A DNA stretch of 64,000 bases from Antedon mediterranea (Eukaryota; Animalia; Echinodermata): NCBI RefSeq assembly GCF_964355755.1, contig NC_092672.1:31006437-31070436 (forward strand). The letters are read 5' to 3'. The notes under the pieces are model-generated. The model made no database searches. It was not told the DNA's origin and saw nothing but the letters and a program-made list of their open reading frames with translations. The position numbers were made by a program, and so were the translations under genes. Positions 1 to 14,000 of the stretch are shown in pieces; position 1 is the first letter of the stretch; the number at the start of each line of letters is the position of its first letter.

Positions 1-887
1 CAGTTCATAAAGTGCAAGGAATGACAATGGATAAAGCAGTGGTTTGCCTTAAAGATACTTTTACGCATGGACAAGCATATGTAGGCCTCAGTCGTGTTAC
101 TTCAATATCTGGACTTACAATTGAAAATTTTAAACCTAGTCTGATTTATTGTGATCCAAACATAAAGAAGTGCTTAAATAATATGGATTCATACGTACAA
201 TGTGATAAACAAGGTCATGATTTGGATTCTAGATTTTCAATAATGTTACATAACATTCAAGGGCTTAAACAACATTTTGATGATCTTCAGTGTAATGATT
301 TGTTTATGAATTCTAATATAATATGTCTAACTGAAACATGGGTTAACAAGGATGATGATGTTTTTGACGTACGCATTGAGCCGTATAAATGTTATCACCA
401 AACAAGGTATGATTCGTATTCTAATACAAATGATCTCAGTTCCAAAATAAAACATCAGGCTCATGGTGGCGTTGCAGTGTATGTCAAGAACACGTCGTCA
501 AGCAGATTAAACATATGTAATAATGATATAGAAGCAGTTTCATTTTTAATAACAAGTCCGATTTCTATTGCCGTGTCAGTAATTTATCGACCCCCAAGTT
601 ATGATATTAATCAATTCTGTCAAAATTTGAGAAAACATTTGGAAGAGTTACATAAAATGAGTACAAAATGTATTGTAATGGGTGATTTTAATGAAAATCT
701 TTTCAAACAATCTTCCAGAGTGAATAATTTAATGGCAGAGAATGAGTACAAACAACATGTTACATGTTCCACCACTGAAAACAATACATTGATTGATCAT
801 GTCTATAGCAAAGGTCTTGATCCAGTACAGGCTGAAGTAATTCCAGTTTATTACAGCTATCATGAAGCCATTCAAATTAAATTTTAA
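1..887 (+). CDS. Helentron RepHel-EN C-terminus: PIF1-type helicase end fused to AP-like (EEP) endonuclease; 5' part outside window
   Basis: HKVQGMT...GQAYVGLSRV helicase motifs V/VI followed by NIQGL, ICLTETW, GGVAVY, VIYRPP, MGDFNE, IDHVY, YSYHEAI endonuclease motifs. Confidence 0.9.
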   Translation, partial: VHKVQGMTMDKAVVCLKDTFTHGQAYVGLSRVTSISGLTIENFKPSLIYCDPNIKKCLNNMDSYVQCDKQGHDLDSRFSIMLHNIQGLKQHFDDLQCNDLFMNSNIICLTETWVNKDDDVFDVRIEPYKCYHQTRYDSYSNTNDLSSKIKHQAHGGVAVYVKNTSSSRLNICNNDIEAVSFLITSPISIAVSVIYRPPSYDINQFCQNLRKHLEELHKMSTKCIVMGDFNENLFKQSSRVNNLMAENEYKQHVTCSTTENNTLIDHVYSKGLDPVQAEVIPVYYSYHEAIQIKF

Positions 888-3800
888 TTGCATCAATGGT
901 TTTTAATTAGTTTAATTATGTTCATGTATATGGAAATTTAACTTGCATAGTATTATTATTTCGACTTGTTTATTGCATTTATGAAATGGGAAAAAGAGAA
1001 AAAACAAAATGAAATACTATTAGGGCTATCAAAATATATTAGTAAATAATAATAACAGGAAAATAATCCAACAGAATACTATAAAAACTTTTTACAAATT
1101 GAAAATAGAACTGGATACAAATCAAGACTCTCTATGCACAAGGGGCAGCGAATAATCTGTAACTTCAACCCATGTCATTCTCCTGTATAGGAGAAACAAT
1201 ATCTGGTGAGTAAACATTTTATATATTATTATAAATATTGTTCTGAATTTGAATATGCAATGTTGCAATCTGTGCACATAATAAAGTTACATTTTATAGA
1301 AGAAGAAAATACGTTTTGTTTTATACGATTACTAATACTTCATTAGGTCTATACCTAATTTTAGTTGCATAATTGTTTTTTATATTATTTTTCTATCTAT
1401 CCAGGTCCACATGAAATTAATAATATAGTAATTTACTCATTTGCAAGAATAATCAATTTATTTTGTTTTGGTTTTTAGGTGCTCAATGGAATGGTTTCAT
1501 CTCTTCAATCATAATGGGATCCGGATTTTTAGGCAGTCAGTTAATGCAGTCATTCGCTCTTTTATAGCAATTGTCTAAACGCGGCAAATGATTACATTAT
1601 TAATTATGTTAATGATAGTTTAGAAATAAAAATCTTCTATAAATAGATCAATAAATATGCGTTTAATGAATCCACATTTAGCAAATTAACATGTATATAA
1701 TGTACTAAGTTATATTATTGACCACCCAAATGTTCATGAACAGCCTACTATATGTTGACAATTTTGTACAATTTACAATAACCAATGAAAGCTTTTATAA
1801 ATACATACATTTTATACTTATTTGTGGGTTTTTTTCCATTTGTTTGAAATAAAAGATTATTTTTAACAGTTACGGTGTGATAATATTAGTTTTATCAGAA
1901 CTATTATATCTATTGGAGCAAGTTTCACTGTAACTGAGATTCCATTAGATCAAAACACGGAGTAGGGGAGACAAGAAATTAAAATTATTCACACATAATT
2001 CTGTAACTGGTTGTACTGTAGTATATTATGGTGTATAGCAGAGCTGAAATTACGGGAACAACATTGTTTTATGTCATCAAAAAATGGAAAATAGAGGTAT
2101 GTCCATTTTCGAAAAGTAATTCATCTCAACGAGAACATAACAAATTTAATTTATAAAGAGGTTTATTTCGCAATAGTGTGTGCGAAAGACGCAAACAAAT
2201 TAGACAATTTTGAAATGCTCAAAATGACCTCAAATGTACGTGAAATTGATTAGAAAAGAATTTTGCGAAATTTGAAATTTCATATACGCGTAATCGCGTA
2301 TTGTTTTTGCGTAGCACGTCATTTTTATAATGTCAAAAGTTGCTCCATATTATGAAATACACTTTCATAAATTTTCATTTATAAAATACATTTTTTTTTT
2401 CAGAATTTATGAGCAACCATAAAATGTCATTAAATCGCGCGTAACTTGCACTGCGCAACTGTAACGCCATATAACGAAGTTTTTTGCCCATCTATAGCTA
2501 CTGGTCAATCTTATGACAAAGTTATACAATCTTATGTTGACCAGAATTAGAGATACGCTGCGAACAATCTTTTTTCTATTTTGTGTATACACTATATTGT
2601 ATACATACTACATACAGGGCAGATTAGGTGGAAATAACGGAAACCGCCATTTTTTTAAATTTTTGACATGATGACGTCATCATAATGAAACGCGTAGATA
2701 GTAATTTTGGAAAGGAATTATCTGAGCAACAACATATCAACGTGTTGAAGAAATTTGGATACGTAAAGTATGGATGCGCGCTCTTTAAATGTCATGAACT
2801 ATGTCGCAAAATATAAAAATACGACTTTTATAATTCAACTGGCCATATGATGACGTCACACAACATGCGATGCGCATAATTTTTACATGAATTTGTATCT
2901 ACAATTCAACAGCTTCCAGAAAACTTTTTAATCACGAGTATCATGGCAAACGCAACGTGCACGTCATACGGTAGAATATTGCGCAGAGAAAAACGATTAT
3001 GCCATTGAAAAAATGTTAGTGTGCTCTCTATTTTGTGTCACGTCTAAGTATATAAGTTAATTACACTATATATTGTATACGTACTACATACAGTGAAGAA
3101 TAGGTGAAAATAAGTGACCCAAGTTATTGACGCTTTTGAACATGATGACGTCATCATAATTTTAAAAACGATATATCATGCGAAAGATAATTGATTGTAC
3201 TAGACAATATATAAAAATGGGGAGAAATGGAATACGGATAAGTGGAGATGCGCTCTATTAAATGTGATGAGCTATGACGAAAGAGACAAAAATCCTATAT
3301 TTCATATTCGAGTGGCCAAACAATGACGTCACAATGTCCGGTTAGCCATATCGATGCATGATTCGATATCTACAACTCATCATCTTCCAGAATGTGTAAT
3401 TTAAAAAAAGTTCACCTCGTAGTTTACAATCTATGACTGTTTTAAAAAAGACATAATTTTGACGAATTGTTAAACTTTTTCTTCAAAAACGCGCGCAAAT
3501 TGTCCAATTCTACGTGCTCGTATGACGTGATTGTAAGTCGAAATTGATTGAAAATTGGTAAATTTACTAGAAAAGGCTGAAAAAACAAAAATCAAGCAAA
3601 AAAAAGATGTTTTTGCGCTACGTGCGCACGCGCGCGTAAAAAAAGTGCGCACGAGTGGGAATTTTTGAAATGCTCAAAATGACCTGAAACGCGTAGAAAG
3701 TTGATTAGAAATGGATTTTTCGCAATTTGAAATTTTAAACGCGCGTGCGCGCGTAAATTTATGTCAAACATGCCATTTTTAATCCATAGAAAGTTTGCCC

Positions 3801-4113
3801 TTGATATGACTTAAATGTTCACCAAGTGTCATTACAAAATTACTTTTGCTTTTTAGTCTATGTTAAATACGCGAAATTCATAAAATCGCGCGTAGCTTAC
3901 GCTGCGCGACTCTAAAGTAAAAAAACGAGCTGTCCTGCACTTCTACAGATAGAGGTAAATCTTCTGACAAAGTTATACGATGTAATGTTGATCATAATTT
4001 GAGATACACGTGACACAAAATTTTGGGAAAGAAAGAAGAATAACATAGAAAAAAAAAAAAAAAAAAAAAGATCCTGACAATAACAAGAGGTTATCCGCCA
4101 AGTGCGGATAACC
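1..4113 (+). mobile_element. Helentron (Helitron2 with endonuclease), right part, in PLOD intron 18
   Basis: RepHel-EN ORF; internal direct repeats (~2205-2570/3660-4020 and ~2585-2900/3060-3390); A-tract then terminal hairpin GGTTATCCGC-caagt-GCGGATAACC at 4089-4113 followed by A-run. Confidence 0.8.
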
Positions 4114-4932
4114 AAAAAGTAAAAATAATATTAATTATTTTATTAAATCATTTTTTAGAGAAGTTACAGAAATGGGAAATGGGCAGGGTTGTTCAGAGTT
4201 ATAGGTCCAATCAAATTGTAATTATGATGTAATTTAATACGAAAGGAAAGAAATATGATTTAAATCATCATTAACGGAGTAACAGCAGCATGTAGTCCAA
4301 AACGCACAGAAAGTCATTATTAACAAGATTACAATCAACTTCCACACTTGAAACTGTCAAAATTTAAAATTTTACAGAAATATAACAGCTCTCGTTATAA
4401 TGAGTTCATACTGATATCCAATCAGATAGCTTCATTATCATATATAGCAGTGAGCCATATAGAAAGTTAAGGATTTCGGAGAGAATTCCCGAGTTTATAA
4501 GCGTGATCCTCTAGAATAGAGAAAGTGCAAGAGCGCATCCTGCGAAACTTTGTCAACGTTTTTATTAGTGGTTTAGGGAGTAACGTGAATCATTTATGCT
4601 TAAAACAACATTTTTGACATTTTTAAAAATTGTTTTATTGGATCTGGAAATATTTGAAGATAAGCATTAAATTATGATTTTGTTAAGAGAATATTTAAAA
4701 TATAGATACACAGGGGATGATCCAGGATTTTCTAAACAAAGAAGTGCTAACATAAGAATATTAATAGCAAGTCCTTGTCAAAATTAGATAATAAAAAATA
4801 ACATTTTCGCTCTTAAATGGGAACTAACCCTCTGGATCTGTTCCTAAGGGTTACTTTATTGAGAAGAATTTTTTTTAAATGCATTTTTTTCATCTTCAAG
4901 TTCAACAGAATTTTGTTACCAATTCAACTCAC

Positions 4933-5058
4933 CTCATAATCAATTCCATGTCTGTTGAGGGCCATATTCAATGTAAAAGTTGACGAATCATGATGAGGTC
5001 GCAAAAACGGCTGTTCTTCTGGTTTGTACCGTACCACAAAATTCATTATTGCAAATGC
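4933..5058 (-). CDS. PLOD: PLOD exon 18 ([42 protein letters not shown]; Fe-binding HxD)
   Basis: 126 nt, AAG acceptor, GTGAGT donor. Confidence 0.95.
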
Positions 5059-8000
5059 CTTAAAATCAAAAAACACAAAATGATTTTACAATATTATCAT
5101 CAAGATAAAAGAAAATAAAAAAAAAAAGAAAATCTAGTTGCTTTTTAATCAAATTAAAATATTTATGTATCATGCATGTACAGTAAAGGTTAAAATTACA
5201 CATTTTGAAGAGAGTTGAGGGTGGAAAGATGTAACCAGATCCTATGGGACAAATCATCAAGGGTGATACTGATCACTTAGGCCTAAAGAGAGAGAGGAGT
5301 GGATAAGCCTTAAAGCAGTTTGGTTAATTCAATTATTATGAATAAGTAGTTAAACCAATTTATTTTGAAAGCAACAAATAATTTTTTCCCTTTTAAAATT
5401 GATGTTAAGAATTGTCCAAAAGTAAAATTACTAAAACTGTTTAAGACATCTTTTACAGTCTAAAACATCTTTTACGGTATAAAACATCTTTGACGGTCTA
5501 AAACATCTTTGACGGTCTAAAACATCTTTTACATTCTAAAACATCTTTTACAGTCTAAAACATCTTTTACAGTCTGAAACATCTTTGACGGTCTAAAACA
5601 TCTTTTACAGTCTGAAACATCTTTGACGGTCTAAAACATCTTTTACTGTCTAAAACATATTTTACGGTCGATTATAAACCAATTTTTCATTTGTCATTTT
5701 CTCAGTAAGATTTTGTAGTTGATCAATTGGTCAGTTGGTCAATTTATTATCCCTTTATATAACCAATTTATAATTACTATAGGCCCACATTGGTTTTACC
5801 ATGCATTCTTTGAATTAATAAATCATAAAAGTTTTTTTTTATTTAGTTTTTTTATATATTTTATACACAACCAACAGTGAGTAACTTACTAAAATACAGG
5901 ATGGACAATCTGTTTTATAGTGCTTAAAACTAAGTCTGATTTTGGGCTTAGGGAGTGGAGTTGAAAGAGTCGTGAGTTAACCCTGGCACTAGGTCAGCAT
6001 TGAACCCTAGACCTTAGGATTGGAAGGATGTTAACAACCAAGTTACAGTACCACTACTATTGATTTTAATAATGTTTATGGTACTTTTATATTATATATT
6101 ATTGATTACTATTTCATATATATGATGTGATGTTGAAACACTAATCACCATACTTTTTGACTAACAAAACGGACATTCCCATCAAGAAATATAATCATTG
6201 TAAGTTTAAGTGTATCATACACCAATTGACTTTTGACGTACACTTTCTTTCTTCATGTTATTTTTGTTATCCATGTCTCCTTTGACTTTATAAATCTCAC
6301 CTTTATTTTGTTTTTATTGATGTATTTATACATTTTCATGATGTTTTTATTATATATTACTGATGTCTTTCATATTATGTGATGTGAATTCAAACTAAAA
6401 TAAAACGACTCAAACTTCTGACGATCAGTTGCGTCATTTGGGAAATGTCCCTAATCTGTCTAAAAGATCATCAGATAACATATCATCAGCTGATTTGATA
6501 TGGGGCAAACGTGTCAGCTCTAGGGCAGTTCAAAATAAGTGCAGATATTAATATTAATTAAATTAATTTTACATGTATTTAAGTTTGTTTAGCAGCATTA
6601 ACACTAAACTATAATAAGTGGTTAGTATACTATTTAAATCATGAAGTGAGTGATTCCATTTTCCTTTTACTTCATCTCCACAAAAAAGTAACTTACAGAA
6701 TCTCTAAATTTCTAAACAAACATATTGCCAAGAAGGACATTTAAGCTAAGTTAATTTAAAAGTCAAATCTCACCAACTTCCTCCCTGCCCTCAATTTGGT
6801 AAATTAATATTATTATACCTTTACCACAACCCAGACTCTCCTCACAAAAACCAAAGCTATATTGATGTTTGATAATAAATAAATATTGACATAAACACAC
6901 TCTCCCCCAACCAGACACTCTCCCCCAACCAGACACTCTCCCCCAACCAGACACTCCTCCGCCAACTTAGACACTCCTCCGCCAACTTAGACACTTCTCC
7001 TCCAACCAGACACTTCTCCTCCAACCAGACACTCCTCCCTAAACCAGATACTCCTCCCCCAACCCAAACTCATCCCCCCACCACCCTGCGTCCTTCAAAA
7101 TCAATCCACATACCTTAGTATAGTAGCCAGGATACAGCCTTTCTTGTATTGGTGCTACATAGGTCTTTACAAGGTACAGCCATTGTTTCTCAAAACCAAT
7201 CTGATTCATGTGAATATCTCGTGTCGGCACATTTTCATACCCTCCATTTAAACGTGGATCCTACAAAAACACAAATTTTTGTTCATTTAAGGCATCCATA
7301 TTTTTCCAAAAAATAATAAAATAATATACTGTGTAAACCACAGAAAAATGTTGTAATGCCCAAATATGGAACATTGGAGCAGATGGGGTGGGGTGATGTA
7401 GAATTTAATATCCTTTTTCCCAGTGCTCAACAGGTGTAAATCTTTAAATTAACCACTGTTACAAATTGATATCTTCCAGGCAGTGACATCTGTGACTGTT
7501 TGAAATATGAAAACAAAATAATTATCTTGATTGATTGACAAGAATTGAAAACCATGCTTCTTCGTTCATCACAGTCGCCCTCTAGAGGAATACATTAACA
7601 TTTGTAAGCAATTAAAAGGTGATGAAAGCCATTGGATCAAGTGACAGAATGAAACTCGTTCCAAATTTGGAGCACTGCAAAAGTATGTTTGAGATATCCG
7701 CAAAAAGAAAGTAGACCAAAACAAGCGGCAAACAGTGAAGTATGTATGTGATATCAATGGAATAGAAAACACAAAATCATGCTGTTTCGGCAATTATTAC
7801 AAATGAAATATATGAATATAATCAGTATGGATAAAAATAACAATGAAAAGCAATATATAAGTCATAAGAGGGATGATTTGATTTGAATTTAATAGAAAAA
7901 TCTTTATAAAAAATACATACAAATTACTGACATTACAAATAATTTCAAAAAGATTTTCCAGGATAGGCCAAAAAAGCTTATTAGTTATTTCCATTGGGAT

Positions 8001-11000
8001 TGTGATCAAATTAATATATAAATAGAACATGAACTGTATATACACAATTTTATATTCTGATTTTAATTACATTTGCAAATCGCAATCACAAAAATACACC
8101 AAAGAGTAAGAACAAAAAAGTTTGTACACTTTCCCAAAACTCTTCCTCTCTCCACATCTATGAAATAATATTCAACCTTTGGGACATCCCTAATAAGGGG
8201 ACACTTTAAATGTGAAACCAATGTGTGTGTGGCGGAGGAATATGCTTTAACATTATGGCCAGCACCTAATGAAGGTATACCCCATTTTATAGAACATATT
8301 TTTGGGTAACAAAGATGTCCCCATAATAGAGTTTTTGCAGTACATAAAATGCCAATAAATAACTATGAATCTGCTATGGGCATACACTAGCTTGTCTTTC
8401 TCGCTGATATTAATTTACTGGAAATTCACAATCGCAAAAATCTTGTTTTAAGTGAGTTTTGCCTATTCCCTTGACATTCCATTAGTATACACAAAAATTA
8501 CTATACTCTAGTAGCTAGATCAACTTTCGTATGCACTGTGATGTCCAGAGAATTTGACTTCAGAAATTGGTTTAGGTTGGTCAAACAATCATATTTGGCT
8601 TGGTTACACATTTTGAAAATGTAGCGAAAGGTCAAAAGGTCAAGGTGAAAGGTCATAAGACCAAACATAAATATGTCCTTAAATCTCGACAACCACTGGT
8701 CACAGCGAGGTAATTTTGGTCTTAAATTAATCAGAAGGTATACATTTATATTCAGTCTAATGGGACATTTTATTAAAAAATGACCGGAAATGCCATTTAT
8801 GACCTTTGACCCACAACCCAGGGCATGTATGTATCTCCGTAACTACTGGTCGTAGACACTTGAATTTGGTTTTAAATTGTTCGAAATATATGTTTTGTTA
8901 TTAGTTACACATTTTGAAAAATGTTACAAAAGGTCAAATGGTCAAGGTCAAGTGTTATTTGAACAAATAAAAAAGGTACTTGTATCTCGGCAACCACTGG
9001 TCGCAGCAAGTCAATTTTGGTCTCAAAATGTTCAAAAGGCATGCATTTATATTCCATCTAATGGGGCATTTTAGTCAAAAATGATCAGAAATGCCATTTC
9101 TGACCTTTGACCCACATACCAGGGAATCTTCATATCTCTGTAAGTACAGGTCGTAGAAACTTAAATTTGGTATCAAATTGTTCGAAATATACATATTTAC
9201 ATTCATGTAATAGAAAATGTGGTTAAAAGATGAACAGAAATACTATTACCAATGTTTCAAACAAAAAACATATCTACACAACTTATCCTTAGACAGTAAT
9301 GTTATGCAATAACTGATACTTTAAATTGTTTTAATTTCAAGTACTAGTTATTGCTGTCCCCGAGGAAATTTTGATAGAAACGTTAAGCTCAACAGTTCTT
9401 TTCAGAATGCTAGAAGTAACTTGCCATATGTATCCGATTAAACGCCCCAGGCATTTATTGTTCAAAAGGGTTTTTAGGTGGAAAGGAGGCATCTTTATTT
9501 GGGTTATAATATGGTAACATGTATAATCAAATAAATACCACCTAGATGTAAAAAAATACTGCACAATTAATATCAAAAAGTGATAAAATTATGTCAAAAT
9601 TCTTGGTAAATTGTAGATTATGGTAGTTAATGAAATGTGTTGACGTGATACAATTATTGTGTAAATGCATGTGGCGGGGCGTTTATTCCACATGGTGTTC
9701 TATTGGAGGGAATGGTGGCGTTTATTTGAAGGAATACTCTAATTTTAATAATTGTATTTCGTTTCTCAACTGATAAAAGGTACTTAATACATGATTCGTT
9801 TTCCTCTTTATGCTTTTTAACGAAATGTTTCTGTCTTTTAAAATAAAAGTGATAGATTCCATTAAATGGATCTTCTCCTCCAGGTGCCAGTATAATGATA
9901 TAAAACAATGACACATCATTATCCTGACACGATTGCACTCATAATGGATCTTTATTCTATCATCTATTTGTTTGTAACTACAATTTGACTACAATCTTTT
10001 GCATAGTTTTAAATGCCAATACATAGTTTCATTACTATTGTACAATATGTCCAGCTTTCCTGAAAACACCCTTGTGTACTGTAGTACAGTGTTGTAGTAT
10101 GATTTTATCATGATAAACTTCTGATGCTTTTATTGTCAATGCATTCAGTACCTAAAACATCTCAAAGTGTCTAGTGGTATTGATAATAAATCTCCAGAAA
10201 TATATATTGTTTTATTATCTACACTGGGAACAGACGTGTATATGTATAAATTTTGTCATTGACATTCAAAACTATTATGCAACAGTGTTACGTAATAATG
10301 ACAATGACTTGGTCTATTATTGTGGTCTCCGATACCTTTTATTACATGATTGTACTTCCACCAGGATAGAATGAGGTTTAATCCCGTTATTATTCTTATT
10401 ATATATATATATTTTTTCATATATATATCTGGGGTGTATTTATTTGATTATACATGTTACCATTATTACACCCAAAAAAATAAACGCCTTCCCTGAATAA
10501 ATAAATGCCCAAGGCTTTTATTCGGGTAACTACAGTAAATTACTTCTAGCATTCTCAAAATGTTTGAACGTTCGGGGGTCAACAATACTTTCTAGCATTA
10601 TTATAAGCAAAAGTACAATTATTACAAACAGTAAAGGATTTGTTTTAATTCCTACAGTATAATGAAATCATTAAGCATCAATTATTGCATAACATTACTG
10701 TGTAATGATAAGTTGGGTAGATATGTTTTTCATTTAAAAGATTAGTAATTAATAGTATTTCTGATCATCTTTTATCCAAATTTTCTGTTAGAATGAATGT
10801 AAATGTTTCTACGACCTGTACTTACAGAGATAAGAAGATGCCCTGGTATGTATGTCAAAGGTCAGAAATGTCATTTCCGGTCATTTTTTACTAAAATGTT
10901 TCATTAGACTGAATATGAATGTATACCTTCTGAACATTTTGAGACCAAAATTACCTCGCTGTGACCAGTGGTTGTCGAGATTTAAGGACATAATGGTGTT

Positions 11001-14000
11001 TGATCTTATAACTTTTGACCCTGACCTTTGACCTTTCGCCACATTTTCAAAATGTGTAACCAAGCCAAAAATGATTGTTTGACCACCCTAAACCAATTTC
11101 TGAAGTCAAATTCTCTGGACCTCAAAGTGCATACGAAAGTTCATCTAGCTACTAGAGTACTAGCTTTAAGTGAACAACAGGAATGATTCCAGGCCTGTAA
11201 TGTGACGATTATGAGTTCAAATCCATTGTAATCAAACATACTCAGTATATTTTTCACACCATATTTAATTAAAATTGAAAGTTGTTCTAGAAAAGATAAT
11301 ATTTTACTCTTAAGATCACATGAGTTTATGTTAATTCCAACTTGTCTGCAGTGCTTTATGACAAGTAGCTTAAGTTATTTACATACAGATTTACATAAAA
11401 AACTTTCATTTACAATAATTCCTGGTTTAAGCTGATCAGCGTCAACAACCTTAACATTTATATCAGTTCTTTAGCATATTGAAAGTTAAACCAATTCCAA
11501 GAACAGGAGTTTGTAAAGGATATCTTATACGTGTTTGTTTTCTGTATTACCAGCATGGTAATGATACATTGGAAGAGTTCCTTAACTTTAAAGGCCCATT
11601 TACACTAGGACGATAACGATGGACGATAAATATATAAACATGCATTTTTTTTACATAAAACAAAATCAATTATAAGGGTTTTCGTTCTAGAACTATAGGA
11701 TAATCATTTATGTTCTTTTTGATAAAAATAATATTTTTAAAATTCCAATCAAATGACGTCATGATAAATAAAAACAATAAAATCGTTGTATTGTCACAAT
11801 ATTATTGCTCTTACTAATCATGACGTCATTTGATTGGACGTGTGAAAATATCATTTTCATCAAAGGAAGCATAGAAGGTTATTCTATAGTTCTAGAATGA
11901 AAAGTTTTTATATTTCTTTTGTTTTATGTATGAAAAATGCACATTTGTCTATTTATCGTCGATCGTTATCGTCCTAGTGTAAATGAGCCTTAAATGCTGA
12001 GTGCGTAGTATACCACTATCAATTGTTATAATAAGGTAACAAGTACAGTATGTCATTCGATACAAAATCAACCACTCAATTGGCAAAAATATAGTGTGTT
12101 TATAAAGGGGCGAGGCTATCGGTATGGTGGTCAATTACATTTGTTTATAGTCATGGTTGACTGTGCATATAGTATATAGTTATGGTGGTCAATTACATTT
12201 GTTTATAGTCATGGTTGACTGTGCATATAGTATATCGGTATGGTGGTCAATTACATTTGTTTATAGTCATGGTTGACTGTGCATATAGTATATCGGTATG
12301 GTGGTCAATTACATTTGTTTATAGTCATGGTTGACTGTGCATATAGTATATTTGTAAGGTGGTCAATTACATTTGTTTATAGTCATGAATGACTGTGCAT
12401 ATAGTATTTTCTATTGGCATGGTCAAAAACTGTGCATCATTTGCTTCTTTTTTTATCAGTACAATGGACTGTTCCGATAGAAAACTTTACATTAGATGAG
12501 GAGAGAAAATAGTAAATTACATGTACATTTTGACCATGCCAATTCACTGTGCCAATATTTACTTCCACTTATAACCTCACAGATTAAAAAAAAAAGACAC
12601 AAACTTTCTACATACATGCCAACATCTGAAGTTTAAAAAATGGGAGGTGGTGTTTGTTTAGGTCAAAAGCACCCTCTCTTTTATTATCGAGATGTAAGGA
12701 GTGCAGTGTGTGAGGGGAATCCCCTGTCAGTTCAGGAAAAAATCAGAAAATTGCAGATGGTCGTACAATGGCTTAAAATAAATATTGTAAATTTGCTTGT
12801 GTGTAAGTCTTTTTTGTGCAGAAATACATCAAAATTCAGTTATCTTTGTAATCCGGGAGAAAATGTGGAAAACCGATGCAAGGCCGGGAGTCAAGTCTAA
12901 TATTATCAGTGATAAATCAGTTTGGAAATTCAGGTAATAACCGGCTTTATATACACGTCCTGTCCGAAAACAAATACAAATACCACTTGTGTTTTACATT
13001 TTGTTCAGGTTCTATTTTTCTGTTTTTCATAGTGGTAGCTGAAGGAAGGACTGGAGACTGTATGTCCATATCTGATCGTAATACAACTCACGGGAAATCA
13101 TAATAAAAAACTTTCTATATCTTTTTTTCCTAAAGAGTTTGAGCAAATGTCAAAGGGTTTAATTATAAGACTTGAAGAAATCTAATATATTTTTATTTTT
13201 AATTTATAAATCAAATACGAAATTCAATAAAAAGATGTGTAACATTTTTTAATTACAAAATTTAAAGTAATTAAAATATATTTTTCTGTTGAATTTTAAT
13301 TCAAGTATAAAAAAGTAAAACAGTATAGCTACTTGAATTTAAAATCAAACAGTAAAATTAAAATCAAATTAAAATTATTATATCTAAAGTAATTTTAATG
13401 TTGTAATTTAAAAACTTATTACTGTTTATTTCCATGTGACCAGCTTCTGTTATAACAACCCTTTTTATTGGACCCTCCATGTGACCAGTTTCTGTTATAA
13501 AAAACTTTTTTATTGGACCCTCCATGTGACCAGCTTCTGTTATAGCAACCTTTTTTATTGGACCCTCCATGTGATCAGCTTCTGTTATAACAAGCTTTTG
13601 TCATAGGATGGCGTACATCAACTTTTAACGATCGTATGTTAACGTACATGCATGTTTAAAAAATGTTAATTTTATTAAAATGATAAAAATGATCACCTAT
13701 AATTCGTCAAAGTGACGAATTAAATTCTAGTTTATCTTATCATCGTTAGAGAAACCGTTGCTGTTATTTTATGCTGCATAAAGCAAGAACCCTGAGAATG
13801 AGCAATGACCATTGATGTTACTTATGTAATAGTTATAATTTATATTTGGCTCAGTCCATATTTGATCACCTTGTACTAGATCAAGTATCACCATTGTGCT
13901 AGCAGTATTAACACCAGATTTCATAGATGCGGTTACTTGAGTTTTACCATTTTTAAGCAAGTATGTAATAAAACCATTACCATTATTGGACAATGATGTT

